Positions 9,089 to 21,634 of a stretch of DNA of 64,000 nt are shown one piece after another. The first letter of the stretch is position 1; each line of letters starts with the position of its first letter. The stretch covers positions 64,001 to 128,000 of the forward strand of contig CAWFQB010000006.1 in assembly GCA_963817895.1 (NCBI GenBank), in the 5' to 3' direction. Both the position numbers and the translations under genes were made by a program. A model generated the notes under the pieces. That model did not search any database, was not told the origin of the DNA, and worked only from the letters and a program-made list of their open reading frames with translations. Origin of the DNA: an uncultured Chthonomonadaceae bacterium (lineage in GTDB: Bacteria > Armatimonadota > Chthonomonadetes > Chthonomonadales > Chthonomonadaceae).

Positions 9089-10414
9089 TCAACACGCTTC
9101 AATTTCAGCGATGTAACGCAGGGTGCATTGGGAGGTTTTGTACACGATGAACTCGTTGTGCGCCAGATACAGCCCTTTGCAGCCCTGTACGCTGTCGTAG
9201 CCTTCGGGAGCCTGTTCGCGATAGCAGGCGAGTTTCTCTTTTTTGATGTTGCCCAATGCGACATCCGATAGAAATAGATACCCGCTTTGCGGCTTGCCCG
9301 CCCCGTTCCACAGATCACAATACTGTGCGCTTTTGCTGCTCTGATCCGCGAAATAAATCCCCTTGCCGAACATGGCCCCGTTGCATGGCGCGCTGCGGGG
9401 CGCGATCAGCAGGCCGCGCGACAGGACGCCGACGAGATTGCAAGTGAGCGTTCCGTGAAACAGTTCCTGCACGTTGCCGACTGCCTGCCCCTCACCAATA
9501 AAACGATTTCGCTCTTCCGGCAGGGTCAGCGCGAACACGCGCCTGACGCGCAGTTTGAAATTGTGCCGCCACGAATGCGCCCCCGTAATTTTATGCTCCA
9601 CGCGCTGATACTCGGCGGAAACTCTGTCCAGAACGCGCATTTCGGCCCCCAATGCCCGGTATTTGCGCTCTACATCCGCTTCCAGATCGTTCTGCACGGC
9701 AAACACGTCCCGCATCAGCTGCAGCAGGTCTTCCTCGTCATCCGCTTTCTTTACGGTATCAATCACTACAGCGTTGATATCAAAGCGCAGTCCAAGCCGG
9801 TGCGGAACCAGAGAGTAATACTCCCCGGTCAGGTTCACCAGCGTATCGCTGCGCCTTCGGGCAATGGCAAAGCGTATTTCGCGTAACTTGTCCTGCCCGC
9901 GCTCAATTTGCGTCCGACTCAGGCTGCCAAGCGGCGTTTCGATACGGCGTACCAGTTCCGACTTCGTGGCGTCGTAAATGCGATCCACAAAGCGGGCCAC
10001 GTCCGGGTGCAGGGTCGGGGAGGGAGCAAGGCGGTAAACGGGCGGCGGGACGGGGCGGGCGTAGAACGGGAAACATGGTCGCGCAGGGTTGCGCTGCCCA
10101 CAGTTAGCCTGCCGAACATCTACGGGAACATACCCTTTGCTTTTTCCGGTCTTTTCGCGGTACAATCGCTCAAATTCGGCCAGCGCGTCCTGCAAATCGT
10201 CCGTATAGCGCCCCTCCCGAACTCCGGGCGTTCCCACGCGCCCGTAATTGGTAAACAGCCGGTATTGGCCCTGCGCCTCATGCACTTCCAGCACATAAAA
10301 TTTATTGTTGTTCGTTCGCAAGTCCGCGCGGTTCAGCACGGCGGTTTTCAGGATGCGAAAGTTATCGGGAAAGGCGGGATTGCCGCTTTTGTCCAGATTG
10401 AATGTCGGTAACAT
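9089..10414 (-). CDS. Bacterial poly(ADP-ribose) polymerase: WGR + regulatory (HD) + catalytic domains
   Basis: NNNKFYVLEV...YGRVG (WGR), PLGSLSRTQI and YYSLVPH (regulatory), LFHGT, GAMFGKGIYFAD.SSKSAQY and HNEFIVY (H-Y-E triad); GGAGGA RBS before ATG 10414. Confidence 0.92.
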   Translation of the reverse strand: MLPTFNLDKSGNPAFPDNFRILKTAVLNRADLRTNNNKFYVLEVHEAQGQYRLFTNYGRVGTPGVREGRYTDDLQDALAEFERLYREKTGKSKGYVPVDVRQANCGQRNPARPCFPFYARPVPPPVYRLAPSPTLHPDVARFVDRIYDATKSELVRRIETPLGSLSRTQIERGQDKLREIRFAIARRRSDTLVNLTGEYYSLVPHRLGLRFDINAVVIDTVKKADDEEDLLQLMRDVFAVQNDLEADVERKYRALGAEMRVLDRVSAEYQRVEHKITGAHSWRHNFKLRVRRVFALTLPEERNRFIGEGQAVGNVQELFHGTLTCNLVGVLSRGLLIAPRSAPCNGAMFGKGIYFADQSSKSAQYCDLWNGAGKPQSGYLFLSDVALGNIKKEKLACYREQAPEGYDSVQGCKGLYLAHNEFIVYKTSQCTLRYIAEIEAC

Positions 10415-10749
10415 GGTTACGGATTCCTCCATGCGCGTCGGGCAGGTTTCAAAAGAATGAACCGTTTTGAACACTCTTATGGCCCTACTACACCGGCAGG
10501 AAGAAACCCGGAAAAAGAATCGTAAAAATAATTTTGCCGCGTCAGCAACTTCGTTTTAACTAGCATCTACTCTGCCAAAAGGTATATTTTGGCGCTGTAT
10601 GACGATTTCAAGGAACTAGCATCTTTGTTCGTGCGTCTCCCTGTCAGTTGATGAACAAGTAGAAGATGTTCATCGTCTGCTTCGCGTTTGTACCTCTGAA
10701 CGCTTTTTTTCACCGTACCATCCAAAACCAACCTACAGGGAGAGACCTG

Positions 10750-11868
10750 ATGCCGAAACGTGTGTTGATTACGGGTGGGGCCGGTTTCATTGGCTCGCAT
10801 CTTGCGGATGAATTGCTGCGGCACGGCTACAAAGTGCGCGCGCTCGACAGCCTGCTGCCGCAGGTGCATGGTTCTCCCGCCGCGCGCCCCGATTACCTCC
10901 ATCCCGACGTGGAACTCGTTGTGGGCGATGTGCGCGACCCGGATGCCGTCCGCGCCGCCTTGAAGGGCGTGGATGCCGTGTACCATTTTGCCGCGCTGGT
11001 GGGCGTCGGGCAAAGCATGTACCAGATTAACGAGTATACCGATGTGAACAACCGGGGTACGGCGGTTCTGCTCGAAGCCCTGGTGGAAAAGCCCGTCGAG
11101 CGGCTGGTTGTCGCGTCCAGCATGAGTTTGTACGGCGAGGGTCTGTACCGCGCGCCGGGCGGGCAGATTGTACAGGGGCAGGAGCGCAGTCTGGAACAGC
11201 TCAAGCAGCACGATTGGGAAGTTCGGGATGAGAACGGCGACGCGCTTGCGCCCCTGCCCACGCCCGAATCCAAAACGCCCTGCCTGTCTTCCGTGTACGC
11301 GCTGTCCAAATACGATCAGGAGCGATTGTGCCTGATTACCGGGCGCGCGTATAAAATTCCCACTGTCGCCATGCGCTTTTTCAACGTGTTCGGGACGCGG
11401 CAGGCGCTTTCCAATCCGTATACCGGCGTCCTGGCGATTTTCGCGTCCCGGTTCCTGAACAACCGCGCGCCCATGATTTTTGAAGATGGCTGCCAGCGGC
11501 GCGATTTCGTCAGCGTGTACGACATTGCGCAGGCTTGCCGCCTGGCGATGGAGGTTCCGGGCGCGGCGGGACACGTTTTCAATGTCGGCAGCGGGCATCC
11601 TTATGCCATTGCCGAGGTTGCGGAGCGCATGGCAGGCGCATTGAACTGCGAACATCTCGCGCCGGAAATCACCGAGCAGTACCGGGCAGGGGATATTCGG
11701 CACTGCTTTGCCGACATCAGCCACGCCCGGAAAATACTGGGCTACGAACCCCGCGTCACGCTGGAAAACGGCATGAGCGAACTGGCCGAATGGCTGCAAG
11801 GGCAGGTCGCCCATGACCGCATCGCGGAAGCCCACGCCGAACTCAAAAAACGGGGACTGACGGTATGA
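10750..11868 (+). CDS. NAD-dependent nucleotide-sugar epimerase/dehydratase
   Basis: GGAGFIGS, YALSK (YxxxK), RFFNVFG, RRDFVSV. Confidence 0.92.
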   Translation: MPKRVLITGGAGFIGSHLADELLRHGYKVRALDSLLPQVHGSPAARPDYLHPDVELVVGDVRDPDAVRAALKGVDAVYHFAALVGVGQSMYQINEYTDVNNRGTAVLLEALVEKPVERLVVASSMSLYGEGLYRAPGGQIVQGQERSLEQLKQHDWEVRDENGDALAPLPTPESKTPCLSSVYALSKYDQERLCLITGRAYKIPTVAMRFFNVFGTRQALSNPYTGVLAIFASRFLNNRAPMIFEDGCQRRDFVSVYDIAQACRLAMEVPGAAGHVFNVGSGHPYAIAEVAERMAGALNCEHLAPEITEQYRAGDIRHCFADISHARKILGYEPRVTLENGMSELAEWLQGQVAHDRIAEAHAELKKRGLTV

Positions 11869-12844
11869 CAAAGGACAGGCTATTGATGCGCGAGCCGCAG
11901 TGGTTGTGGAGCCGGGGCAGGTTCGTATAGATGCTGTGCCGGTGCCTGTTCCCGGCCCGGACGAGGTGCTGATACGCCTGGAAGGGTGCGGCGTCTGCGC
12001 GTCCAATCTGCCGCCCTGGCAGGGGCAGCCCTGGTTTACCTATCCCTTCGCGCCGGGCGCGCTTGGGACATGAGGGGTGGGGCGTGATTGCGAGCGTGGG
12101 CGCGGACGTAACGGAATGGCAGATCGGAGATCGCGTTGCCGCGCTGTCGCAAAACGCTTACGCCGAATACGACATAGCTCATCGCCATGCCGTTGTTCGC
12201 CTGCCGGATGGCTTGAACGGACAGCCGTTTCCCGGCGAACCGCTCGGCTGCGCGCTTAATATTTTTCGGCGCAGCGACATTCGCGCGGGCCAAACCGTCG
12301 CCATTGTCGGTATCGGATTTTTGGGCGCGTTGCTCACCCGGTTTGCCGCCAACGCCGGGGCGCGCGTGATCGCCATTTCTCGCCGCCCGTATGCGCTGGA
12401 AGTGGCGCGAAGCATGGGCGCATGCGGAAACGTTCCCGATGGAAGACCACTGGCAAATCATCGAGCAGGTGAAGCAGTGGACGGAGGGGCGGTTCTGCGA
12501 CGTGGTGATTGAAGCGGTCGGCAAGCAGTGGCCGCTGGATCTGGCGGCGGAACTGACGCGCGAACGGGGGCGGCTCATCATTGCGGGGTATCATCAGGAC
12601 GGACTGCGGCAGGTCAACATGCAGATGTGGAACTGGCGCGGCCTGGATGTTATCAACGCGCACGAGCGCGAACAGCGCATTTATATTGATGGCATGCGGG
12701 ACGCGGCGCAATTGGTTGGCAGCAGGTATCCTTGACCCGTTTCCGCTGTACACGCATGTGTTTCCTCTGGAACAACTGGCGGACGCGCTGAACGCGACCC
12801 GCGACCGTCCCGACGGCTTTATGAAAGCGCTGGTGCGAATGTGA
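11865..12844 (+). CDS. Zn-dependent (MDR) alcohol dehydrogenase-like protein, multiply frameshifted
   Basis: GCGVCASN, GHEGWG, GIGFLG, DVVIEAVG in successive frames. Confidence 0.8.
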
Positions 12845-14154
12845 GACACATCTTTACGAAACCGGCATCGCCTGCCCGACGCTCGAGACGAACGGCGCGC
12901 CGATGGCGCGAACGGGACGGGCCGTTCAGCAGCGCGTTCAGCCGCACAGTCTGGTCAGCAGTCGCGAACATCTGCGTCCTGACCGCGTGTTGATGACGGC
13001 GGACTGCATTGGCGGCGTGTGGACGTATGCGCTCGATCTGGCGCGGGGACTGGCGGCGCAGGATGTCGAAGTTGATTCTGGCGACAATGGGCGATCTGCC
13101 CTCTCCCACACAGCGCGCGCAGGCCCGCAACATTCCCGGCTTGACCCTGTGTTCCAGTCCGCTTGAAATTGGAATGGATGCCGGACTGCTGGGCGGATGT
13201 GGCTCGGGCCGGTGATTGGCTGCTGGAACTGGAAGCGCGGTTCGCGCCCGATATTATCCATCTGAACGGCTACGCGCACGGCGCGTTGCCCTGGCACGCG
13301 CCCACGCTGGTTGTCGCGCACTCGTGCGTGCTGTCCTGGTGGGAAGCCGTGAAAGGGGAACCCGCCCCCGCGGAGTGGGAAACGTACCGCGAACATGTCA
13401 CGCTCGGCCTTCAATCCGCCGACTGCGTGATTGCGCCCACCGTCCGCCATGCTTGCCGCGCTGTCACCGCCATTACGGTCCCTTTCACCATTCCGACGTG
13501 ATTCCCAACGGACGCCAACATGCCCTGTATCGCGCTGCCGAAAAAGAGCCGTTTATTCTGACGGCGGGCCGCGTGTGGGACGAAGCCAAAAACGTCGCCC
13601 TGCTGGAACAAATCGCGCCCCAATCTGAAATGGCCTGTTTATGTCGCCGGCAGCCAAGCAGTCAGCCTAGATACGGCCAACATCCGAGACACTCAACACC
13701 TCAACACCTCAGTCCGCCTCCTAACTTTCATCTGCTCGGCGCATTGCCTGCCGGAAGAACTGGCCGATTGGTATGCCCGCGCCGCCATTTATGCTCTGCC
13801 TGCCCGCTATGAGCCGTTCGGACTGTCCGCGCTGGAAGCCGCGCTTTCGGGGTGCGCGCTGGTGCTGGGGGATATTGGCAGCCTGCGCGAAGTGTGGGGC
13901 GAGGCGGCGCTGTATGTCAGTCCGAACGATGCTGACGCCTGGCAGCAGACGCTTGCGAGACTGATTGCCGATCCCGAACTGCGGCAGGAGATGGCGGAAC
14001 GGGCGCAGACTCGGGCGCAGCGCTACACGCTTGACGCTATGACGGCAGGGTATCTGGACATCTACGGTCAATTGCTGACCATTCATGCCGCGGCTTCCCC
14101 ACTATCGCTCATGCCATGTCGTTCCCGCCCGAACCGGAGGAATCGCTGCCGTGA
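12841..14154 (+). CDS. GT4 family glycosyltransferase, multiply frameshifted
   Basis: VLMTADCIGGVWTY, IIHLNG, AGRVWDEAKN, EPFGL..LEAA..G in successive frames. Confidence 0.8.
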
Positions 14155-15374
14155 GCGTTCCCGGTCAGATCGTTATTTTCTGCCATTCCCTGCTGTCGGA
14201 CTGGAATCACGGCAACGCGCATTTTCTGCGCGGCATCGTTTCGGAATTGCAGGCGCGCGGCCAGGATGTGGTTGTTTACGAGCCGTGCCACAACTGGAGC
14301 CTGCAAAATCTGCTTGCGGACCGGGGCGTGGAGGGCGTGGAGAGTTTTCGCCGCGCCTATCCCACGCTGGACAGCGTTTTCTACGAGCCTGCCCTGCTCA
14401 ATCTGGACAAAGCGCTGGCAAACGCCTCCCTCGTTCTGGTACATGAGTGGAACGACCACGCGCTTGTGAAGCGCATCGGGCAGCACCGGCAGAAAAACGG
14501 CCACTACCGCCTGCTGTTCCACGACACGCACCACCGCTCCGTCACCGACCGGGGAGGCATGGCCGCCTACGACCTGAGCGGCTATGACGGCGTTCTCGCC
14601 TTCGGCAACATCATCCGCGACCTCTATCTTTCCGAAGGCTGGACGCGCGCCGCCTGGACATGGCACGAAGCGGCGGACACGCGGGTGTTCCACCCGCAAA
14701 GGATGAAGGATGAAGACAGAAGGATGAAGACCTGCAGATACAGAGGCTTTCTGATATACAACAGCGGCAGCAAATAATGCGCTCTTCAGCCTTCACCTTC
14801 ATCCTTCATCCTTTGCGGGTGATTTGGTCTGGATCGGCAACTGGGGCGATGAGGAGCGCACGGCGGAACTGCATGAGTTTCTGCTGCGCCGGTGAAGGCG
14901 TTGGGATTGCGGGCGCGGGTGTATGGCGTTCGCTACCCGGAACATGCGTTTCGCGCCCTGGCGGATGCGGGCATCGAGTACGGCGGCGGCCTGCCGAACC
15001 ACGAAGCGCCCGAAGTGTTTGCGCGGTACCGCGTTACGGTTCATATTCCGCGCGGCCCGTATGTAAAGTTTCTGCCGGGTATTCCGACGATTCGCGTGTT
15101 CGAGGCGCTGGCCTGCGGGATTCCGCTCGTCTGCTCGCCCTGGAACGACGCGGAGCACTGTTTACGCCGGGCGAAGATTTTCTCGTCGCCCAAAACGGTC
15201 AGGAGATGCAGCAGCATCTCCAAACCCTGCTGGAAAATCCGCAGCAGGCCGAGGCAATGGCGCAGCGCGGCCTGCAAACCATCCTTGCCCGCCACACCTG
15301 CGCCCACCGCGTAGACGAACTGCTTAACATTTATGAGCTATCGCCTGATATGGATAGCGCAGGTAATGACGTGA
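14151..15374 (+). CDS. CgeB-family glycosyltransferase 1, frameshifted, carrying a repeat insertion
   Basis: HSLLSDWNHGNAHFLRG, FHDTHHR, HEAADTRVF, DLVWIGNWGD, IPTIRVFEALACG, HTCAHRV. Confidence 0.8.
14699..14813. repeat. Inverted heptamer element (AAGGATG)n / (CTTCATC)n inside a CgeB gene
   Basis: AAGGATG-type units x4, ~50-nt spacer, CTTCATC-type units x4. Confidence 0.85.
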
Positions 15375-16447
15375 ACGGTTTGAACATCGCTTTTTTCGGC
15401 TTCCAGCCTGGTTTCCGCGTATTGGAACGGCGCGGCGACCTATTACCGGGGCATCATTCGCGCGCTGCACGGGCGGGGGCATCGGGTCACATTTTATGAA
15501 CCCGACGCTTACGAGCGGCAGCAGCACCGGGATATGGACGATCCCGATTGGGCGCGCGTTGTCGTGTATGCGGGCGAGGGCGAGGAGGGGTCAACAGCGC
15601 GTTGGAGCAGGCGCGAAGCGCGGATTTGATTGTGAAAGCAAGCGGCGTGGGCGTATTCGACGAACTGCTGGAAGCGCGGGTTCTGGACATCAGACGCGCC
15701 AGGCGCTGTTGTCGCCTTTTGGGACGTGGACGCGCCCGCCACACTGGAACGGGTCCACAACGATCCGGACGATCCTTTTCGCGCCCTGATTCCGCGCTAC
15801 GACCTGATTTTGACGTATGGCGGCGGCGATCCGGTTGTGCAGGCGTATCAGGAATTGGGCGCGAAGCAGTGCGTTCCCATTTACAACGCGCTCGACCCCG
15901 ATACGCACTATCCGGTTGCGCCCGATACGCGCTTTGCCGCCGACTTGGGCTTTCTTGGGCAATCGCCTGCCCGACCGGGAAGCGCGGGTGGAGCAGTTTT
16001 TCCTTCACGCGGCTGAGTTACTGCCAGCAAAAGCAGTTTTTGCTGGGCGGCAGCGGGTGGGGCGACAAAGCCATGCCGTCCAACGTTCGTTACGCGGGAC
16101 ATGTATATACGCCCGACCACAACGCGTTCAACTGTACGCCCCGCGCCGTGCTGAACATCAGCCGCGACAGCATGGCGCGTTTCGGATTTTCCCCTGCCAC
16201 GCGCGTGTTTGAAGCGGCGGGCGCGGGCGCGTGTATGCTCACCGACTACTGGCAGGGAATCGAGCAGTTCTTTGCGCCGGAAACCGAAATTCTGGTGGCG
16301 CATAATGGCGACGAAGTGGCGCGGCATCTGGAAACCCTGACGGCGGAACGCGCAACCGAAATAGGGCAGGCGGCGTACCGGCGCGTTCTGGCGCAGCACA
16401 CCTATGCGCAGCGCGTGGTTCAACTGGAACAACTTTTGAGTAGTTGA
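15371..16447 (+). CDS. CgeB-family glycosyltransferase 2, frameshifted
   Basis: YWNGAATYYRG, KASGVGVFD, WDVDAPATL, LGNRLPDRE, SPATRVFEAAGAG, HTYAQR. Confidence 0.8.
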
Positions 16448-16530
16448 TAGTTGACAGATAGAACGATGCTCGCTGTGACGCCTGTTTCCTCGGAACTGAA
16501 ACGTATTTCGAGCGTGGAGCGAACCTTCTG

Positions 16531-17626
16531 ATGCCTGATCGCCTGAAAATTGTGATACTTGGCCTGTCCATCACCAGTTCGTGGGGCAATGGACACGCGA
16601 CGACCTATCGCGGGCTTGATGCGCGAATTGTGCGATCAGGGGCATGACGTGTTGTTTCTGGAGCGGGACGTGCCCTGGTACGCGTCCAATCGCGACATGC
16701 CCCACCCGCCCTTCGGGCGAACCGAATTGTATTCCACGCTTGGACGAATTGCGCGACCGGTTTACGACTGCGGTACGTGACGCGGATTTTGTGATTGTCG
16801 GCTCGTATGTTCCCGAAGGCGTTTTAGTCAGGCGAATGGGTTACGAGCGATGGCGCGCGGCGCGACCGCATTTTATGACATTGATACGCCCGTAACGCTT
16901 GCCAAACTGGAACGCGGCGATTACGAGTACCTGACCCCCGAACTTATTCCCCGCTACAACCTGTATCTATCTTTTTCCGGCGGCCCGACGCTGACCCGAC
17001 TGGAACAGCAGTACGGTTCTCCCTGCGCCCGCCCGCTGTACTGTTCGGTTGACCCCGCTTTGTATTACCCGGACGAGAACCGCAGCGAATTCGACTACGA
17101 TTTGGGCTATATGGGAACGTACAGCGACGACCGGCAGCCGCCCCTCGAACAACTGCTATGCGAACCGGCGCGGCAGTGGCAGGCAGGACGCTTTGCCGTT
17201 GCCGGCCCACAGTACCCGGCTGCCATTATCTGGCCGTCCAATGTGGCGCGCATCGAACATCTTCCGCCCGCCGAACATCGCGCCTTTTACAACGCGCAAC
17301 GATTTACCCTCAACATCACGCGGGCGGATATGATACGGGCCGGCTACTCCCCAAGCGTCCGCCTGTTTGAAGCCGCGGCCTGCGGCGTTCCCATCATCAG
17401 CGATTACTGGGACGGGCTGGACACGTTTTTCACCCTTGACACCGAAATACTGGTTGCTCATTCGCCAGCGGATACGCTTCGCTACTGCCGCGAATTACCG
17501 GAAGCGGAACGGCTCGCCATCGGCGAACGCGCCCGTCAGCGCGTCCTCGCCCACCACACCGCCGCCCACCGCGCCCACGAACTCGCCTCCTATGCCCGCG
17601 AAACCCTCAACAAGCATTCTGTATAA
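16531..17626 (+). CDS. CgeB-family glycosyltransferase 3, frameshifted
   Basis: GLSITSSWGNGHATTYR, FYDIDTPVT, GTYSDDRQP, SPSVRLFEAAACG, HTAAHRA. Confidence 0.82.
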
Positions 17627-17779
17627 GTTTTCATCTGCTCTGTTCGCCGCTAAAATTATATCTTTAGTTAAATATAGGAACGAGCCTAAAGAACTCTGTG
17701 TCATTTGTCAATAATAATGTTACTAAATTATGAGTGAGATTATTCATGACAAACCCGACCTTCCAAAGCAGAGGTTTCA

Positions 17780-19865
17780 ATGGCGAATTCAACGCTTCGC
17801 GCTTCGCAACTGCTTCAGCAACATGAACTCCTGCTCCACCAGCGCATTGACCGCGTATTTGCGGGCCTGATGCTGTTTCAATGGATTGCCGGGATCTGCG
17901 CCGCGTTGTGGCTGTCGCCGCGCACCTGGATCGGAGCCGCCAGCCAGACGCATATTCATGTATGGGCGGCTGTTCTGCTCGGCGGGCTGATTACTCTGCT
18001 GCCTGTCTGCCTTACCCTGTCTTTATTCCGGTAAGACCCTCACCCGTCACGTTGTCGCCATTGGACAAATGCTGATGTCCGCGCTGCTGATTCACCTTAC
18101 GGGCGGGCGGCTGGAAACCCATTTTCATGTGTTCGGGTCCCTGGCGTTTCTGGCCTTTTACCGGGATTGGCGCGTTATTCTGACGGGCACAATTGTCACG
18201 GCGCTCGATCATTTCTTGCGCGGCTGTTCTGGCCGCAGTCCGTGTACGGCATTGCCGCTGTGGAAACCTGGCGCTGGCTGGAACATGCCGGATGGGTGGT
18301 TTTTGAAGATGTTTTCCTGATTTTGTCCTGCCTGTCAAGCCGCCGGGAAATGCGCGAAGTTTGTGAGCGGGACGCGCACATGGAGCAGCAAAACAGCGAA
18401 TCTGGAACAATTGGTTGCCACGCGCACAGCCTCGCTGCAAGCCGCGAACGAGGTTTTGGAAAAGAGACATCACGCAGCGGAAAGAACTGGAAGCGCAAAT
18501 CGTGCATCAGGCGTATTACGATGCGCTTTCCGGCCTGCCTAACCGTACCCTGTTCAATGACCGTCTGGAGCAGGCGCTGGCCCGCGCCCGGCAACTGCGC
18601 AGCGCGGTCGCCATCATGTTCATTGACGTGGATAACTTCAAGTTTATCAATGACAGCCTGGGGCATGAGGCTGGCGATGAACTGCTGGTTGTCGTGGCGG
18701 ACAGGCTGCGGGAATGCGCGCGTCCGGGCGATACGATTGCGCGCATGGGCGGCGATGAGTTTACTATTCTGCTGGAAAACATCACCGGCACCGAAGAAGT
18801 GACACGGATTGCGGAGCGTATTCTGCAACGGCTTGCGCCTGGCAGTTCCGCTTTCGTCTCACGAAGTGTTTATTACAGTGCAGTATTGGCATTGCTGTGA
18901 GCGATTGGGACACGGCCTGGGTGGAAACGGTTCTGCGCGACGCCGATACAGCCATGTATCAGGCCAAACTGAACGGCAAAGGGGGTTATGTCGTTTTCGA
19001 TCCCAGCATGAACGAGCGCATTGTGGAGCGGGTGGAGATCGAAACCGGACTGCGGCGCGCGGTGGAGAACGAAGAGTTCCGCGTCTATTACCAGCCGATC
19101 ATAGACCTGGAAACCGGGCAGCATCAACGGAGCCGAAGCCCTTGTTCGCTGGGAACATCCCACGCTTGGGCTGATGTCTCGCCGGCAAAGTTTATTCCCA
19201 TTGCGGAAGAAACGGGCTTGATCGTGCCGATTGGAACCTGGGTGCTGGCCCAATCCTGCCGACAGGCTAAAATATGGCAGGAGGAGAGCGCGGCGAACCG
19301 GTCCTTTATTATCAGCGTCAATCTTTCCGGGTCGTCAGCTTACAGGACGAGGATTTATGCCGGAAGGTCGCCGCCGTCCTGCGCGAAACCGGGCTTGTCT
19401 CCTGCCAGTCTGAAACTGGAAATTACGGAAAGCGTGATGATGGAGAATCTGGACGCGGCGATCAGCCGATTGAAGGAGTTGAAAGCGTTGGGCGTACTGC
19501 TGTCCGTAGACGACTTCGGCACGGGCTACTCGTCCCTGTCCTATTTGCAGCGCCTGCCAATTGACAACGTAAAGATTGATCGCTCGTTCGTGAATGTCAT
19601 GGGCAGCGAAGCGCAGCCCCGCGCCGTTGTTGAAGCGATTATCATGCTGTGCCGAGCCATGAACCTCAACGTTACCGGCGAGGGCATCGAAAATTCCGAG
19701 CAACTGACGCAATTAAAAGCAATGGGATGCGATTACGGGCAGGGCTATCTGTTCGCCAAACCCATCGTCGTCAGCGCGTTCAGCGCGTTGCTGAACAACC
19801 CTTTGTGGGTTTCCGCTCCGCCTGCCGCGCTGCCCCCGCTGGAAACCAGCAGACAGGCGGCGTGA
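17780..19865 (+). CDS. Membrane sensor - GGDEF - EAL diguanylate cyclase/phosphodiesterase, multiply frameshifted
   Basis: TM region with GGRLETHFHVF, YDALSGLPNR, ARMGGDEF, YYQPIIDL, EAL, LEITES, DDFGTGYSSLSYL, GQGYLFAKP. Confidence 0.85.
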
Positions 19866-19934
19866 AAGATTGTCTTCCAGGTAACTCGGTCACGGGAATT
19901 ATTTTGGAGTGACCTTGCTCCGCAAGTGGGGATG

Positions 19935-20010
19935 TGAATGATTACCATGATGAACGCGCCTGCCCAATCATGGTAATCACGAAAATCATGAAAAATCATG
20001 GTTCAGACAA
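19935..20010. repeat. Nonamer tandem/inverted repeat (GATTACCAT / AATCATGGT family)
   Basis: Left arm GATTACCATGAT; right arm AATCATGGT-AATCACGAA-AATCATGAA-AAATCATGGTTCAGACA. Confidence 0.7.
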
Positions 20011-21634
20011 ATTTGGTATGGTGACAGGCAGGCGTCCGGTGGGAGTAAACGCGCCGAAAAGGGCGTCTGCAATGGCTTCCAGACTGCACGAGCGGTGTCC
20101 ATAACCGCAGACGTAGTTTTCTACTCGGGAAAATGGCGCAGGTCGTAGGGTTCGCGCAGGGCAACGACAATCAGATTGCCCCCAACGCGCTTGCTCAATT
20201 CCCGCACCAGTTCCGCCTGCTTGCCCATATCCATGCGTTCGCTGGCTGAACGCTTCCGGCGGACTAGTCGCCACAATCACCTGGTCTGCCTTTGCCGCCT
20301 GTTCCAGCGCGTTTGCGAAACCATCTGCTTTGCTCTTCGCGTTCAGACAGCAAACAAGCTCGTGTTGGCATGATGCGCCTGCAAATAGTGCGTCAACGCC
20401 TTTGCGCGGGAATGGGCGGAAATCACGAGCAGCGATTGTTCCGATTGTAATTTCAACGGCAGCGCGTTGTTATGCCGTACAAACGTAACGGCCGCGCGGG
20501 CAATTTCCCGTTCCAGCGCGTCATGGCGGGATCAAGATACGCGGGAACGGACTAGCCTGTATCCGTCGTACCAGATTGACCTTCTTCCTGTGACTGCGCA
20601 AACCGCTGTTTCGCCGCGAAAATCCGCTCCACCGCTTCATTCAGTCGCGCCAAAGGCAATTCGCCCGAACGAGCGGCTTCCAGCAGCAGTTGAAACGTTT
20701 CGCGTTGCGTTTCCAGCGTGTGACAGATGAGCGCCATATCCGCGCCCGCCTGCAACGCCAGCAACGCGCCTCGCGCCGTCCCTACCGTTTCGGAAATGGC
20801 ATGCATCTCCAGACAATCCGTAATCACGACGCCATCAAAGCCCAATTCCTGCCGCAGCAGTCCCGTCAAAACCGGGCGCGAAAGGGTTGCGGGAAGTTCG
20901 TCTGTCCAGCGCGGGAAACAGAATGTGCGTGGTCATAATGGCTCCCACGCCCGCGCCAATCAGGGCGCGAAACGGCTTCAACTCTATCGCGTCCAGGCGT
21001 TCGCGGCTTCCGGGCACAGTGGGCAGGGCAAGATGCGAGTCTACGGACGTGTCGCCATGACCGGGGAAATGCTTGGCGCAGGCGAGAACGCCCTGTTTCC
21101 TGATAGCCCTGCATCATCGCCATGCCCAATTCGGCCACGCGCTCCGCGTCTTCGCCAAACGAGCGGACGCCGATAATGGGGTTGTCCGCATTGCAGTTGA
21201 CATCCACAACGGGCGCGAAATTCCAGTTGACGCCCACGCTCGCGCAACTCGCGCGCCTGCGCCTGCCCCTGCTTCCGCGCAAACGCTTCGCCACCGGTTT
21301 GCTATGCTGCTTCCGGTAATCGCGCCAAGCGCCATATTGCCGGGAAACGCATGGAACGGCGGCCCGAACCGGTTCACCATGCCGCCTTCCTGATCTACGG
21401 CCACAAACAGCGGCATGGCGGAACGCGCCTGCAATTCGGCAACACAGGGCGCGCGTTGTATCCGGGTCAGGCACATTGCGCCCCATCAAAATCACCGCGC
21501 CCGCGTGAAGTTCCTCCACAATCGCCTGCGCATGGGCATTGAAAAGGTGCCGCCGATTCGGTTTCAGTCGCGTCCCACCCCAGGCACAACACCTGCCCCA
21601 CCTTCTGCTCCAGCGTCAAATCCTCGATGTTCAT
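19996..21634 (-). CDS. GH3 beta-N-acetylhexosaminidase (NagZ-like), multiply frameshifted
   Basis: LTLEQKVGQ, AVDQEGG, NFAPVVDVN, RSFG, KHFPGHGD..DSH, ITDCLEM, ALQAGADM, C-terminal GRLPV. Confidence 0.85.

Noticed and set aside
10567..12006. 479-aa minus-strand ORF (also 5954-6841, 30664-31755, 35827-37176, 60577-61533, 63259-63939)
   Set aside because: Antisense shadows of well-supported genes in GC-rich DNA; no recognisable motifs.
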